DNA from: Eledone cirrhosa
Lineage: Eukaryota
Length of the DNA: 64,000 nt
Assembly: GCA_964016885.1 (NCBI GenBank)
Contig: OZ024743.1
Coordinates: forward strand, 323,826,001 to 323,890,000
Direction of reading: 5' to 3'
Below are positions 48,539 to 61,318 of the stretch, piece by piece. Every line of letters starts with the position of its first letter. Within the stretch, counting starts at the first letter, position 1. A program made the position numbers and the translations under genes. Below the pieces are notes generated by a model, which worked only from the letters and a program-made list of their open reading frames with translations, had not been told where the DNA came from and did not search any database.

Positions 48539-51330
48539 TACACTACAATCACCATCATCACCATTAGATAGTTTTAAAAGTAGTTGGTCTTGAGCACAAT
48601 CCCTACAGGGTTTATTAAGTTTATCAGTTCTTCGTGAAGTCCCACAGCTAAGTTACTAAGGTGTTGAACTCTGGATTGCTGTCTTGAGTTCAATTCCTAG
48701 ACTGGATGACACATTGTGTTCTTGAGCAAGACACTTCATTTCACATTGCTTTAGTCCATTCAGTTGAAAAAGATGAATACCAGCAGTAGTTAGGAGTTAA
48801 ACTTGTAACATAATGGAGGGAAGTCTTGTATTTACAGTCACTCAATGCCAATGTAACTGAGGTAAGTCTGATGAGCCTCTGGACTTGGGAGGGACTTTAA
48901 TACTTAACTAGTATTTAACAGTATTTAACACTACTTAAACTAGTACTAGTTGCTTTCTATCAAACACCAACATCTGCCAGTATTCTCAAGAAATATAATT
49001 TTTAAAAGGTGTATGATATGATTTATTCTTTGTTATATCTAATTCAAAGAACTCACAACACTTTGCTATATTACCTCATGCTAGGTCATTACATTAGACA
49101 ATTTGATGATAGCAATTTTATATATTTGTGTGTATGTGTGTGACTCAGGTTCTAAGATGAATTAAAAGATGCTATATGACACACACATCTTTTCCATACC
49201 AGCTTTGAAACCATGCATTAAGTTGGTGGTGGTGGGGTACAGATGATAGTAGTGGTGGTGCTGATGATGACAAAAGTGGTGGTGGTGGTGGGGTACAGAT
49301 GATAGTAGCGGTGATGCTGATGATGACAAAAGTTGTGGTGGTAGTGGTGGTAATGATGATAATGATTAATGAGGTGATAATGAAATAATGACAGTGATGA
49401 TGATGATGATGGTAATGATAATGATGATGATTAATGTGGTAATGACAATATTGATGATGTTGGTGACACAGACAACGATGATGAAGGTGGTGGTGGTGTT
49501 AGCGATGATGATGTGGTTATCAACTTTTTTTTATCACTATCACTATATAATATCTCATTAAAGCATTCCCAATGCAAATTTTTAAAAAACTTAAGTTTTT
49601 AAAGTATACATAATTTATAGAATAATCATGTCATATTCATAAAGTTCACACTTTGCTTTAACTTTTGTGAATTTTTAGTGAATAAATATTAATGCACAAT
49701 GCAGTAAATATTAGAAAATCAAAGATAAATTTAATGTAGGCATAACTACAGTTTTAAATTATAAACCCTGCTGTGAAAAGTAAACCTCATGCCAGCATGG
49801 AAAATAGATGTAAAATGACAACGATGGTGATGATGATGATTTTTTTTTTATTGTTTCTGTTTATTTTTCACATCAAGGTATCATCATCAGTTAATAGCAA
49901 TTTTTCTATGCTGGCATGGTTTGGATGGGATGTTTTGAGACAATGTTTTACAGTTGGAAGGCCTTCTGATGCCAACCCTTTTAGTCACCTCTTATGACAT
50001 GCAAGGATATGATATAACAATTGTAGTTATATTTACATTAGATTTATCTTGAATTTTATAACTCTAAATTTTAACTGTGTTTTAGTTGGCTAGCATCTTA
50101 GGCAATCAACTGGTTTCTCAACTCAACGTGTTATGAAAAACTGTATGAGTTCAAGACCTTTATATAAAAGTGCCTATGTAGGTTGATATTTCCAATAAAA
50201 GACACTGCTTACGATTTTCACATAATTGAAAATAATCATGAATTTGAAAGGATTTAGTAATATAACTAACTCATATCATCATCATCATCATCATCATCAT
50301 TTAATATCCATCTTCCACGCTAGCATGGGTTAGACATTGATTAACTTAAGATGATGTTTGGAACTTAAAGATTTTTACATAAGGTTATGATGAAAGGTCT
50401 TTAGATAAATATAAACACATTAAAACAAACATTTTTTTGTTTTTTTTAATTGTAAAACCATGAGTGCTTTGGTATCAAAAGGGCTAAATAAATTTGACAA
50501 TAGAAACCAAAATGATATTTAGAGGTTTTAACTAATCTTCACTTTTATTCTTCTGAAATACATGATTAAATACATGCATGTGCATATTGCATAAAATGTA
50601 AGGAAGCATTTAATGGACTTAGGTTTCAGAGAGAGCCTTTCATTAGAATTGATCAACAACTGACTTCTAACTTATAACATCCTGTAATGATTTAATAGAA
50701 AATATCTTAAAAACAGTTTATCTTGTGAACATTTATGCTATTAGACTAAAGAATTAATTATTTAATGAGATGCTAAAAATAATGTTGCATATGCATAGTT
50801 GTTTATTGACTCTTAGCATCCTATTATGATTTAGCAAAAAAATGTCTAAAAGCGGGTTTGTAAATTAAAATATTTATAGTATCTTGTGAAAATTTGCATT
50901 ATTTATTAGATTAAAAACTTTAATATTTAAAATGATGCAGTTGATTAATCTAAAAATAATATTGCACATGCATGGGTGTTAATTTATTACAGGTGCACTA
51001 AAAAAAGATATTAAAAAAATGTTGATAAATGTTTAAATGCAATTAATAACAGACGTTATCACAGATACATCATAAATATCTTCAAAAACAAGATATTCTT
51101 ATCAGCTATTAATTTATCAATTAAATTGTTGATATTTGTTGTCAGTAATAGAATGTTTAGAGCCATTTTTTAAAGCAAAATATTGGGGAAAAGACAGAAG
51201 GCAAAAAATTAAGAAAATTTGATAAAATACTATACATAGATCATTGAAATTTTAACCATGAGTAGTTGAACAGTGGAAGAAACAATTAAAGTTATCTTCC
51301 TTACATTAGAGAGTTTATCACTTCCTTTAA

Positions 51331-51551
51331 CCCTTTAGCATTTAAATCGGCCATATCCAGCCAGAATTCTCTTACCTCTTTCTGTTCAAACTGGCTGTAA
51401 CTGGCCACTCACACTGATGTTAAGGTATTGTTCTCAAAATAAATAATATCAAAATCTCATAGATTCGATATTATGGGCGATAATTATGGAAGATAAAGCC
51501 TTTACTATGAAAATACAATAGTAAATATAGAGTAATATAAATGCTAAAGGG
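51331..51551. mobile_element. piggyBac-type MITE family 1
   Basis: TTAA|CCCTTTAGCATTTA...TAAATGCTAAAGGG|TTTA. Confidence 0.8.
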
Positions 51552-52206
51552 TTTACTGATGTAAACAGTGATGTCTAGTCGTATTTTTCCAAATGTGTTG
51601 CTACTGCAGTTTCATGGGTGTACAAGACAACAGTAGTTAAGTTAAGCCTCAATAAGTAAGATAAATGTTCACTTAAAGATATAGATGTTAGTATTATAAC
51701 AAGATGATAATAAAACAGAAGTTACAACAACAGAACATGATTGTTTCAAATTACTGATATGACTATGATAATATACTTTGTTTTTATTTTTAATGTGGTC
51801 CCTGATTAAATAGCTTGCCATATATGTTCAACTAAAAATACACACACACATCTATATATATATATATATATATACATATATATATACACAAAACCCATGT
51901 TAGCGTGGAAAATAGATGTTAAACGATGATGATGATATATATATATTGCTCTCAACACCACCCTTCTATGTTGCTTTCCATCACCCACATTTTATAACTT
52001 CATACATCCCTACTGCTATCCCATCACGTTACTCATGCAGCTTTCTATTCAACCTCCTACCCACTACCAACAACCAGCAAGTAGCTACAACATGCCACAC
52101 ACACAAGTATTCTCCAGTTGTGTCGAGGACATGGCAACCCTTCTAGAGTTGGTGCTATGATAAAACACAACAAGTATACTCTGTAAAGTGGTCAGTGCAA
52201 ATATAC

Positions 52207-52237
<31 letters not shown>

Positions 52238-52238
52238 T

Positions 52239-52845
52239 GTCAGGTCACCAGTTGGTGCTACTGGTAACATGTATCCCAGTACAACCTGTCTCATGGTCGG
52301 GTCGTTGGCGACTAAACTGGCAACCCCACCAAGGTTTCTTGGTGAGGAGGGTGACTTTGGACATCCTGCAGGACTAAAAACGAAACCTGTCAAAGGGCAA
52401 AGGAGCTCTTAAGAGTCAATGGCCATCCAAAATCACCGGGAGAGATGACCCCTTAGCCTTTGTCAAGGCAGAATTCTAGGAGAAGGAAAACTCTGATATA
52501 ACACCTGCAACCCTGATGGTATCCAATGATGTTGACTTGTTCTTCTTTTTGGTAAATATCATCTTGGTTAAGAGAGTGGGACTGGCTTTGTGCAGTGCCT
52601 TTGCTCACTATAAAAGCTTCACGGCACAGGCATTGCTTTATATCTGGAGATCTCTCTGCACTTGTCGTCACATGGTACCATGGGCCCAGCACTATGTGTC
52701 AATAATTGTCACAGGTGTAGTGTTTGTACCAGAGTTTTCAAGTCGCTGGCTGGACTAAAAGGTCACAGTCGTTCAGCGCATCGGTAGGGGTTCTCCTACA
52801 TGGATATAAAGTAGTGGCCGTACTCGAAAACGAGTTGGCAGCCAC
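52239..52845. mobile_element. GC-richer insert between (TA)n tracts, probably retroelement 5'-end sequence
   Basis: First part is paralogous to 34042-34330 and contains CTAGGAGAAGGAAAACTCTGA; family assignment uncertain. Confidence 0.45.
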
Positions 52846-53025
52846 CATATATATATATATAAATAAATAAATATACATGGGTGTGTATGATTGTGTATAG
52901 AAGATTATATTAATAAAAGGAATTCCAACTTTGTCTGATTTACTCGTTTTATTTACAATCCTTTAAAATTTATAATGGTATTAGAATGAAATAGTATGGT
53001 AGAATATTAAATGTTAAGTGTTAAT

Positions 53026-53064
53026 TGAACAAGTACTTTCATGCTTTCGCAATCTTCAGGTTCA
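53026..53064 (-). ncRNA. Minimal type-I hammerhead ribozyme motif
   Basis: Minus strand TGAAC-CTGAAGA-tTGC gaaa GCAt-GAAAG ta CTT-GTTCA: 5-bp stem I, GNRA-capped stem II with a U.U first pair, palindromic AAGTACTT. Confidence 0.7.
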
Positions 53065-53617
53065 TATTCTGTGGTGACAGTCAAGTTTGCATAGGAAATG
53101 TGTGCAACCATAAAAACCATGTCAAAATTGGAATGTAAGGAAGCAAGCAAGGTGTGTCACTGGCCCAAGCAAGGTGTGTCACTGGCCCAGTGATGAGAGA
53201 ACAGTAACTCTGATTAAGTAAATGATGATGATACTGACGTATGTGTGTGTGAGAGAGAGAGGGAGAGAGAGATTTTTATGAAAACACTAATGGTAGAGAA
53301 GACAATTATGAGATATTTTGGAAGTCTAGTTACACACAGAGAAGATTTTGACTTTTAATTCAAAAGAAATATTTTATTTGTTTATTATTTCTGATCTAGG
53401 AAATGGTAAAAGAAGCTGCAATCTTGTCTAAGAATTGTGATCAAAGCTGTTAGTTGACACAATTATCCCTGATTCTATTTGATTCTGCTGTAAGTCTAAC
53501 TTTGGTAAAGTATTGTTAAGTAAATCAATAGAAATATAATTGAACATCCACACACAGGCAAAACTCTACTGACTGATTTTTTTTCTCTCGTTTGGAAATT
53601 TAAACACATGGGTCTGA

Positions 53618-53678
<61 letters not shown>

Positions 53679-54225
53679 CTCACATTTGTATATACAGTGT
53701 TTCTTTCTTCTCATTTGTAAATTTACAGAGAGAGAGAGAGACCATGTATAGATTATGTGGAAGCAACAAAAGAACGAAGTAAGATAAAAAAGACAGAAAA
53801 AAGAGGAAGAAAGGAAACTTCAAAAGGGTAAAATGAAAGGAAAATAACAAAATAAAAGAGCATTCCCCTCCTCCAGAAGATGTGGAATGGACAGGATGAG
53901 AAACATAAACAGAAGAGCATTAGGAAGGAAAGGATAGAAGATAATGTGATTGTCATTATCATCACAACCATCATTACCATCATCATCATCATTGTTTAAC
54001 GTCTATCTTCCACGCTAGCATGGGTTTAAACCATTTTTACATTCATTTTTCATATTGAATTGTAATATATGTAGCTGAATATTCCACAGACACGTGTACC
54101 ATTAACATAATTCTGAGAAAGATTGAACATGACAGTGTGTAACAACACCAGCCCTTTGAATTACTGGTACAGTCTTATATTGTTGTACAAGTGGCTGAGT
54201 ATTCCACAAACACATGTGTTCTTAA

Positions 54226-54354
54226 CCCTTTGGCATTTACATTCATTTTGAGAACAACATCTTAACATAAGTATGAGTGGCCAGTTACGGCCGGTTTGAA
54301 CAGAAAAAAATGAGAGAATTCTGGCTGGATATGGCCGGTTTAAATGCTAAAGGG
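54226..54354. mobile_element. Internally deleted piggyBac-type MITE family 1 within a tandem repeat unit
   Basis: TTAA|CCCTTTGGCATTTA...TAAATGCTAAAGGG|TTAG; the uninterrupted paralogous unit is at 54070-54170. Confidence 0.75.
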
Positions 54355-55344
54355 TTAGTGTAATTCTCAAGATGATTTGGCATGACAGTGTGTGGCATGA
54401 CTGGCCTTTTGAATTACTGGTACAGTCCACTAGACAGGCTTCCAAAAGGTTTGTCTACCTAATTTCACTCAGAAGGCTTAAGTTGACATGTGACTATGGT
54501 AAATTTACTTTAGGTGCCTCACAATAGCTGGAATGGCTCTTCCAGCATGTCTCCCTCACTATCCTCTGGGTAAACATCTTCTCTATTCTGTCTGCCGGGG
54601 CTGCCCAGCGTGTGGTCCCCAAATTGCTCATAATAGTAAGAGATGGGGCGAGTGGCAGAGGCAGAGACAGTTTGGATCCATTGTGTTCAGACCTGGTGTA
54701 TATGTCTGTTATACTAGTGTGTTATTTTTCTTACATAAAATTATGACAGAATTGAACCTGGAATCTTATGATTGACAAGTCAACTTCTTAACTATTAGGC
54801 CCATGATGTGTCCACACATCAATTAATAATAATGGCTTCTTAATTTAGACGAAAGGCTAGAGAGGGGAAGGGGATTTGAACTTTAAATGTAAAGAGCTGA
54901 AACTGTCCAAGTCTTAAAGGAATCTTAACATACCTATCCTGTAACAATAATATGATAACTTATCAGCCTTGTAACAATAACATGTTCATTTATCACCTTT
55001 GAAACAACAATAACAATCAAACCTAAGTGATTAGCACTTGGAAAAGAAGCCAGGTACAAAGCAAATTTGTTAACACCTTATCACAGTGTTACATTACATT
55101 CTGGTACCAATTAATAATAATAATAATGGTTTTTGATTTAGGCACAAGGTCAACAATTTTGGGGAAGGGGAAAGCTTATTAAATCATCCTCAGTGTTACT
55201 GGTACTTTATTTTATCGACCCCTGTTAGGATGAAAGACAAAGCTAACTTCCGCGGGATTTCAACTCAGAAGGTAAAGGGCCGTAACTATATGCCACAAAG
55301 CATGTAGTCCGATACTCTACCGATACTACTAATCCACCGAATAA

Positions 55345-56390
55345 TAAGAGTTGATCAACGGAAAAGGGCTGATCAGCAGCAAGGAGATAATTCCAGTTGA
55401 GATACTAAGCTTGTGTGAGTACCTAGGAAAAATCAAGAAAAATTGTTAAAGTATGTCTTAAAAGAAGGGATCGATGATAGAAAGGTTCATTCGAAGAAAA
55501 GGAAAGCTGTAATAGCCACGGAATGAAAGACCAGATTTGAAGCAAAATCATTGCATTTAGCTTATGTAAAGAACACAAGAGATGTCAGAAATGATAAAGA
55601 CATGTGGACATGGTTACAAAGAGGATATCAGGGAAAATAAACAGAGGGTTTGATTATGGCAGCCCAATACCAGGTAATAAGAACAAATTAGATCTAAGTC
55701 AATGTGGTCACATCACCACTTTGTAGAATGAGCAGAAAGGTAAATGAGACAATGAGCCAGCCATATTGTCTCAGAATGTTCACAACTGGCTCAGAATCAA
55801 TATAAAGTATGGAAACATGGTAAAGTGGCAGCAGTAAAACACTGGTGACTATGGAAAGAGTTTGGTTTTGTATTGAAAACTAGTATGATTGTTTGGTGGC
55901 AAAACAGATGAAAGTGTTGCAAAATGACAAAGTCAAAATTCTGTGGGAATACAAACAGAAAGAAAGATTGATCACGACAAACAAGATATAGTGTTGATAA
56001 TCAAGAAAGAAAAGAAGTGCTTTATTGTGGAGGTAGTTTGCCCATTTGACATGAAAATAAAGGATAAAGAAATTGAGAAGAAAAGCTACTACAATGACCT
56101 CAAGTGTGGAATTTTGAAAGTATGGAAGGATGAAGTAAATAAGGTAACACTAGTACCGATAATGATAGGAGCACTGGGATATGTAACAGATAATCTTGCT
56201 AAAAAAAAATTTGATTTGATCTTGATATAGAGCCTACACAAAACAGCATGCCAGGATAATAAGAAAAGTGATAGATATCACCTAAAAGAGTAGAAAACAA
56301 TTATTATCCTAAGTTCCGAAATGGAGCCTAATTGTAAGAAAAATACTAACAGTTAACATCAACACTGCGGAAATAATGATGATAATAATA
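55345..56390 (+). mobile_element. Degenerate R4/Dong-type non-LTR retrotransposon 3' part (zinc knuckle and restriction-like endonuclease)
   Basis: WTWLQRG..TEGLIMAAQ..PLCRM..ET..HIVSECSQLAQ..KVKILW..IQTERKIDHDKQDIVL..FIVEVVCP..EKKSYY..VPIMIGALG; many stops and frameshifts; (AAT)n at both ends. Confidence 0.8.
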
Positions 56391-58086
56391 ATGGTTTCTT
56401 ATATAGGCACAAGGCCAAACATTTTTTTTGGGGGGGGGGGGGGGGGGGCAATTAAATCGACCCCAGTACGTGGTGTATTATTTTATCAACCTCATAAGGA
56501 TAAAGGCCAAAGCTAACATCAGCAGGGATTTGAACTCAGAATATAAAGAGCCATAACTACATGCTGCAAAGCATACTATCTAACACTCTAGAGATACTGC
56601 CAATCCATGATGATGGTGATGATTGTTTGATAATGATGTTGAGTGTTTAAAATCTCCATGTGTTTAGTATTTGCAATTGAAATATTTCAAGTGGGTTGTT
56701 CATGTAATAACTTCCTTCTCTAAATCAATAATATTAATTGATAATTATACTGATTGTGTTGTTTGTTGTTTTTAACAAATTAATTTAGGAAAAGATTTTT
56801 CAATTTTTATTTCAAATTTCGATGAATATATCTTAAGTGTTCAGATTTGTCAAAGTTACTAGAAGGTTGTATTTCATTACAAATACATTTAGAAAACTAA
56901 AAATATATAATGGCGTTATAAACAGACACATACACATGTATAGAAATGAAACAGAACTAGTCTGGAAAGAGTCATTAATTTAATAAATGAAAATATATCT
57001 ACTCTACTTCTTGAATTGAGTACTTTGCCTTAAACTGTGGCTCTATCCAGTTCAAAAGGCAACATTAACAATTATAACACACACACACAACATTATTTAT
57101 AAAAACTACCTGGCTTTAATCATTGAATAATCTTTTAATTTGGTGTCCATGATAATCATGGTACTCCTATGATCCTTTTCTATCACTGCAAAGAGCGTGA
57201 ACAGCATGTTACTAATACTATTATTCTTATTATGATGATGGGGCTGTAAAGGTTTGGAAACCCTAATAAGACTTATGATTAAATTCATAACAAAAAGATC
57301 AATCTTGTGAACAATGTTTAAAAAAAGAAAGTGTTCCCTTAATATTCAAATATACGTTTGAACTTGCATTGTTCCAGAGGAATCGAACTCATGACCTTAC
57401 CATTGCAAGCCAAACACCCTAACTACAAAGTCATATTCCTTCACACACACACAGATCAAATTTTTAAATCTTTACAAATGAAAATAAATAATTCAGGGGG
57501 AAAAAATATTACATAGAACAAAACAGGATCAAAGATGGAAAGAAAGAAAGTAAGAAAAAGGCAAAAAGAAAGGAGGGTGTAAGACTAAGTGAGGAGAAAT
57601 TGAATAACTAGAGCAACAACAACAATAATAAAGACAGAAATGTAGTTTAACTTCAAACAAAGATCAGGGTTGTTTTAGTAATACTGACCTTAATAAAAGG
57701 AAGCATGGATTTTTTAGGGAGGTGGGGAAATATAAAATATAGTTTGTTTATATTTTTTTTTGTTATTTTTTTTATAGCTACACTTCGAAAACTGGGACAT
57801 GAAATAATTTCTTAATAGATTTCAAGTGTTTTGAGTCAACAGAGAAATATTCCAGTGTTGATTGACAAAATATATGGATAATTATAACTAATAAAGAGGG
57901 TGGGTGAGGTAGAATGTAAGGCGTTGGAGAGAGGGGAGGTTTAAAATGGTCATGCATGGCTGTATGTAGGTTAAGGGTTCAGTCCCACTGCCTAGCACTT
58001 TGCATATGTCTTTGATTGTTCTGGCCTGGGATTGACCAATGCATTATCAATGAAATTTGGAAGACAAACTGTGTGGAAGCCCACCA

Positions 58087-58127
<41 letters not shown>

Positions 58128-58406
58128 CATAAATTATGTCCATAGAATCATTTGATAAAATATATACACTATTTCCTCTCCCAATTAGCATAATTAACCA
58201 CATATATATATATATATTGTTATACTTGGGTAGGGTCATATTTGTGTAATATTGCCAGAATTAATAACAGAACACACTCACCGTTTGGTTGGTTTTCGCT
58301 TCTGTGTCTTTTATATCGGTTAATTTAATTTATTCAGTCCTCAATGTTGCCATGGACTGACCAACGGTCAAAAATACAGATACAATATAGACACAAACAC
58401 ATATAT

Positions 58407-58460
58407 ATAGTCTAACAAAGTTCTTTCGTTGCACATCTGCAACATCGTCAGTGGTGCTAT
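58407..58460 (-). ncRNA. Partly decayed minimal hammerhead ribozyme motif
   Basis: Minus strand ATAGcACCA-CTGACGA-t-GTTGCA gatg TGCAAC-GAAAG aa CTT-TGTTagaCTAT. Confidence 0.6.
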
Positions 58461-58611
58461 TGTTTCCTCCCGTTGCATTGTATGCCTACGCCATCTTTAT
58501 TTAGTCTGTTTATTTATTTATTTATTTGTTTATTTTTTTTGTCTTCTATGCGCATGCGTTTGCATGTGTGTATAGTGTATATACACACATACACACGTAT
58601 ACTAAGTGAGT

Positions 58612-59260
58612 TAGAAGGAGAAAAATAAGATTTCAATCCTCCAATCAATGTAGAGTTATTGATGAACATAGCTGAAGAAATTAAAGTCCTTAATCAGAAA
58701 ACATTTCCCATATAGCCATGTGTACCACAAGATCTTCAACTTACACAATGTTATGGTTAGCTACTCATCTTCAGATACCATTGCTTCAAATATCACATTA
58801 TACAGAAAAAAAAGCATGTGCCCACACAAGATCCTACACACACCAATCTGCAATTGCTGAAACCTTACCAGCTACTTTATAGGTGGATCCTGCCAGACAA
58901 AGGCTGGGGTGTACAGAGCTACCATCACACCACCAGGTGACTTCCAGAGGAACTATACAATCCTATGAGTTCAAAGGTAGATTAACTTAGTATGTACACT
59001 TCTTTAGGAGCAGGAAAAGAGAGAACTCCACCACCCTGTCCCATTACCTATTGAGGCTCCATGACCAAGGGCACAACATTTGCAGCATGGAATTGAGTAT
59101 GCTAAACATAGCACCTCTATACCATCCCACGAGCAGCAACTGTCAAATCTGCCTCCTCAAGAGGTTACATATACTTCAGCAACCTGTGATATCTATCAAC
59201 ATGAAAACCAACCCAACAGTCTGCTGCCACCAGAGAAGCACCCAGCTAGCCAACTTCAAA
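58612..59260 (+). mobile_element. Penelope-like element remnant (linker and GIY-YIG endonuclease region)
   Basis: FNPP..LIRKHFPYSHVYHKIFN..VMVSYS..GGSCQTKAGVYRATI..NSTTLSHYL.RL..APLY..CQICLLKRLHI..CCH, matching the PLE pattern WFNPP/LIxKHFP/KIFN/KVSYSC/CxLCLxEK/CRH; frameshifted. Confidence 0.8.
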
Positions 59261-59376
59261 CCACTGGCCTCAGACATCCCACAAAAACCATCTTCATTCC
59301 ACCCAGCTCACATGCATAAAAATATAACAGAGAGGGGGAAGATAAAGATAGGGTGAGTCAGTAGGAAAGAGCTTAA

Positions 59377-59628
59377 CCCTTTCATTACCATATTTCTAAT
59401 GAAAGATACATCCTATGATTTTCAAATAATGTTGAAGATAATCAAGAATTTGCAGAGATTTAGAAATATAACTAACTTTCTCATTAGGCTGTGTTTTTTT
59501 TTTAAAGTAATAACGATTCTTAAATAAAATCATAATAGATGCTTTTAGATAAATATAAACACTTTTAAAATAAACAGGTGTGTATCATATAACAAGAGTT
59601 GGTTACTGATGTTTTGGTAACAGAAGGG
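59377..59628. mobile_element. piggyBac-type MITE family 2
   Basis: TTAA|CCCTTTCATTACCA...TGGTAACAGAAGGG|TTAA; decayed copies near 4150, 4800, 4983, 7747, 11065, 12833, 13202, 32808, 43405. Confidence 0.75.
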
Positions 59629-60872
59629 TTAAACTGATGTTTGGAACAAAGATTCTTCATAAAAAGTGGAAGATTTTAGATGGAATATAAACACATTGAA
59701 AATATATAGTTTTTGTATTATACAACCAGGGGCAGTTTTAAGCAGTTTGGTATTAAAAGGGTTATCAATTCAACATATGATATATGATTCATTCCATTAA
59801 AACTGGAGTTTTAAATCTAATTTGATTGCCTTAGAGTCAACAGGCTTTATTTTTAAAGTGTTTTATAACATCACTTGCTTAGAATATGAGACAATCTGTT
59901 AAAAATATTGTCAATTTTTTAATTTATTGATGTGGGATGTATTTTTCTTTTATATATGTCTTTCAAATTGAACAATACTTCAATGAAACAAAAGGATGAG
60001 TGGGTGAGGAGAAGTATAAAAGATTTCAGCTGCAGTGTATTAGAATGTTGCAGTGTTAGTGTTTTATGGCATCATTAAACATAAAGTCATGTGTCATATT
60101 GTTTTGTTGGTTTGCCCTCTTTCTGCCGTGCTAGAAGGTGAGTTGCTATGCTGAAGAGGGGTGAAAGAGAGATAAAGGAAGTATCATAGAGAGAGGTGGA
60201 TTAGATAAATAGATAGATAAGTGGAAAGATTAACAGACGGAGAGAGAGAGAAGATAATGAAGTATGTAAGTGATTGAAAGCAGATAAGTATGCACAAAAA
60301 CACAAATAAAAATGCATAGATTATATATACACACATGGCCAAAGGTATGGTTGTGAGATTAAGAAGCTCATTTTATAAATTCAAAGTTCTGAGTTCAATT
60401 CCATAGTACAGCAACTTAAGGGTCTTTTATAACCTCAGGTTGATCAATGTGTTGTGAATAAAATTTGGCTGACAGAAATTGTGTGGAAGCTCATCGTATG
60501 TGGATATGTGTGTGTCGATGGAGAGGACTTGTCCAACACATGCATAGAAAAAAGGACATAAAAATCATAATCATGTTATCAGTATGGAGTACAAAAACAG
60601 ATTGGTAAACTGAGGCATGTAAGGTGTACTACTCTAGCTAATAATAACACAGTACAGTACTGTATAAACAACAGAGATGGTGCAATCATTTATTTCTTGA
60701 GGTCATGATAAAATACTCCCAATGCACTCTATAAAGTGGTTGGCATTAGGAAGGGCATCCATCTGTAGATATCTTATCATACTAAGATATGGAACACATG
60801 AACAAATTATCCTTTATTTATCTATTTTGGTGTCACAATACATCCAACTATATAACTTAAGCTAAAAACTTC

Positions 60873-60913
<41 letters not shown>

Positions 60914-61112
60914 AGATAAATCTACCAAGAGTTTACGGTAGTGTCCAATCCGTATGAAGAACTCAATGTAATCCGGATATCATGGAAAGAAGAGATGCAA
61001 TGAAAAATCACTTTCGGTGAAAGATAAACGGAATACAGAGTCAAGATAAAATATTAAAAAAATAATGAATAAAACAATGAAACAGTTCCTTATATTAAAC
61101 AAAAAAAAAGTT

Positions 61113-61261
61113 CATTATTTAACGATCGTTTCTAGGATATATATGTGTTAGAATTGGCATGCATATTCAACAGATCTATGTACAAAATTATACAAAATTA
61201 TACAAACTATCAAAATTAAATATACATACCAACACATATATATGCCGTCTTCAGAAATATG
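61113..61261 (-). ncRNA. Hammerhead-like motif with long stem II
   Basis: Minus strand CATATTT-CTGAAGA-cggcATATATATGTGTTGG..~77 nt..CTAACACATATATATccta-GAAAC gatc GTT-AAATAATG. Confidence 0.5.
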
Positions 61262-61270
61262 TCAATATAA

Positions 61271-61318
<48 letters not shown>

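Noticed and set aside
50676-50970. AACATCCTG..GATTTAGCA.AAAAT repeat, also near 19851, 20016, 33573, 42720
   Set aside because: A real dispersed repeat, but too decayed to define ends or class by eye.
53145-53188. 22-bp perfect tandem duplication
   Set aside because: Ordinary slippage within a decayed repeat.
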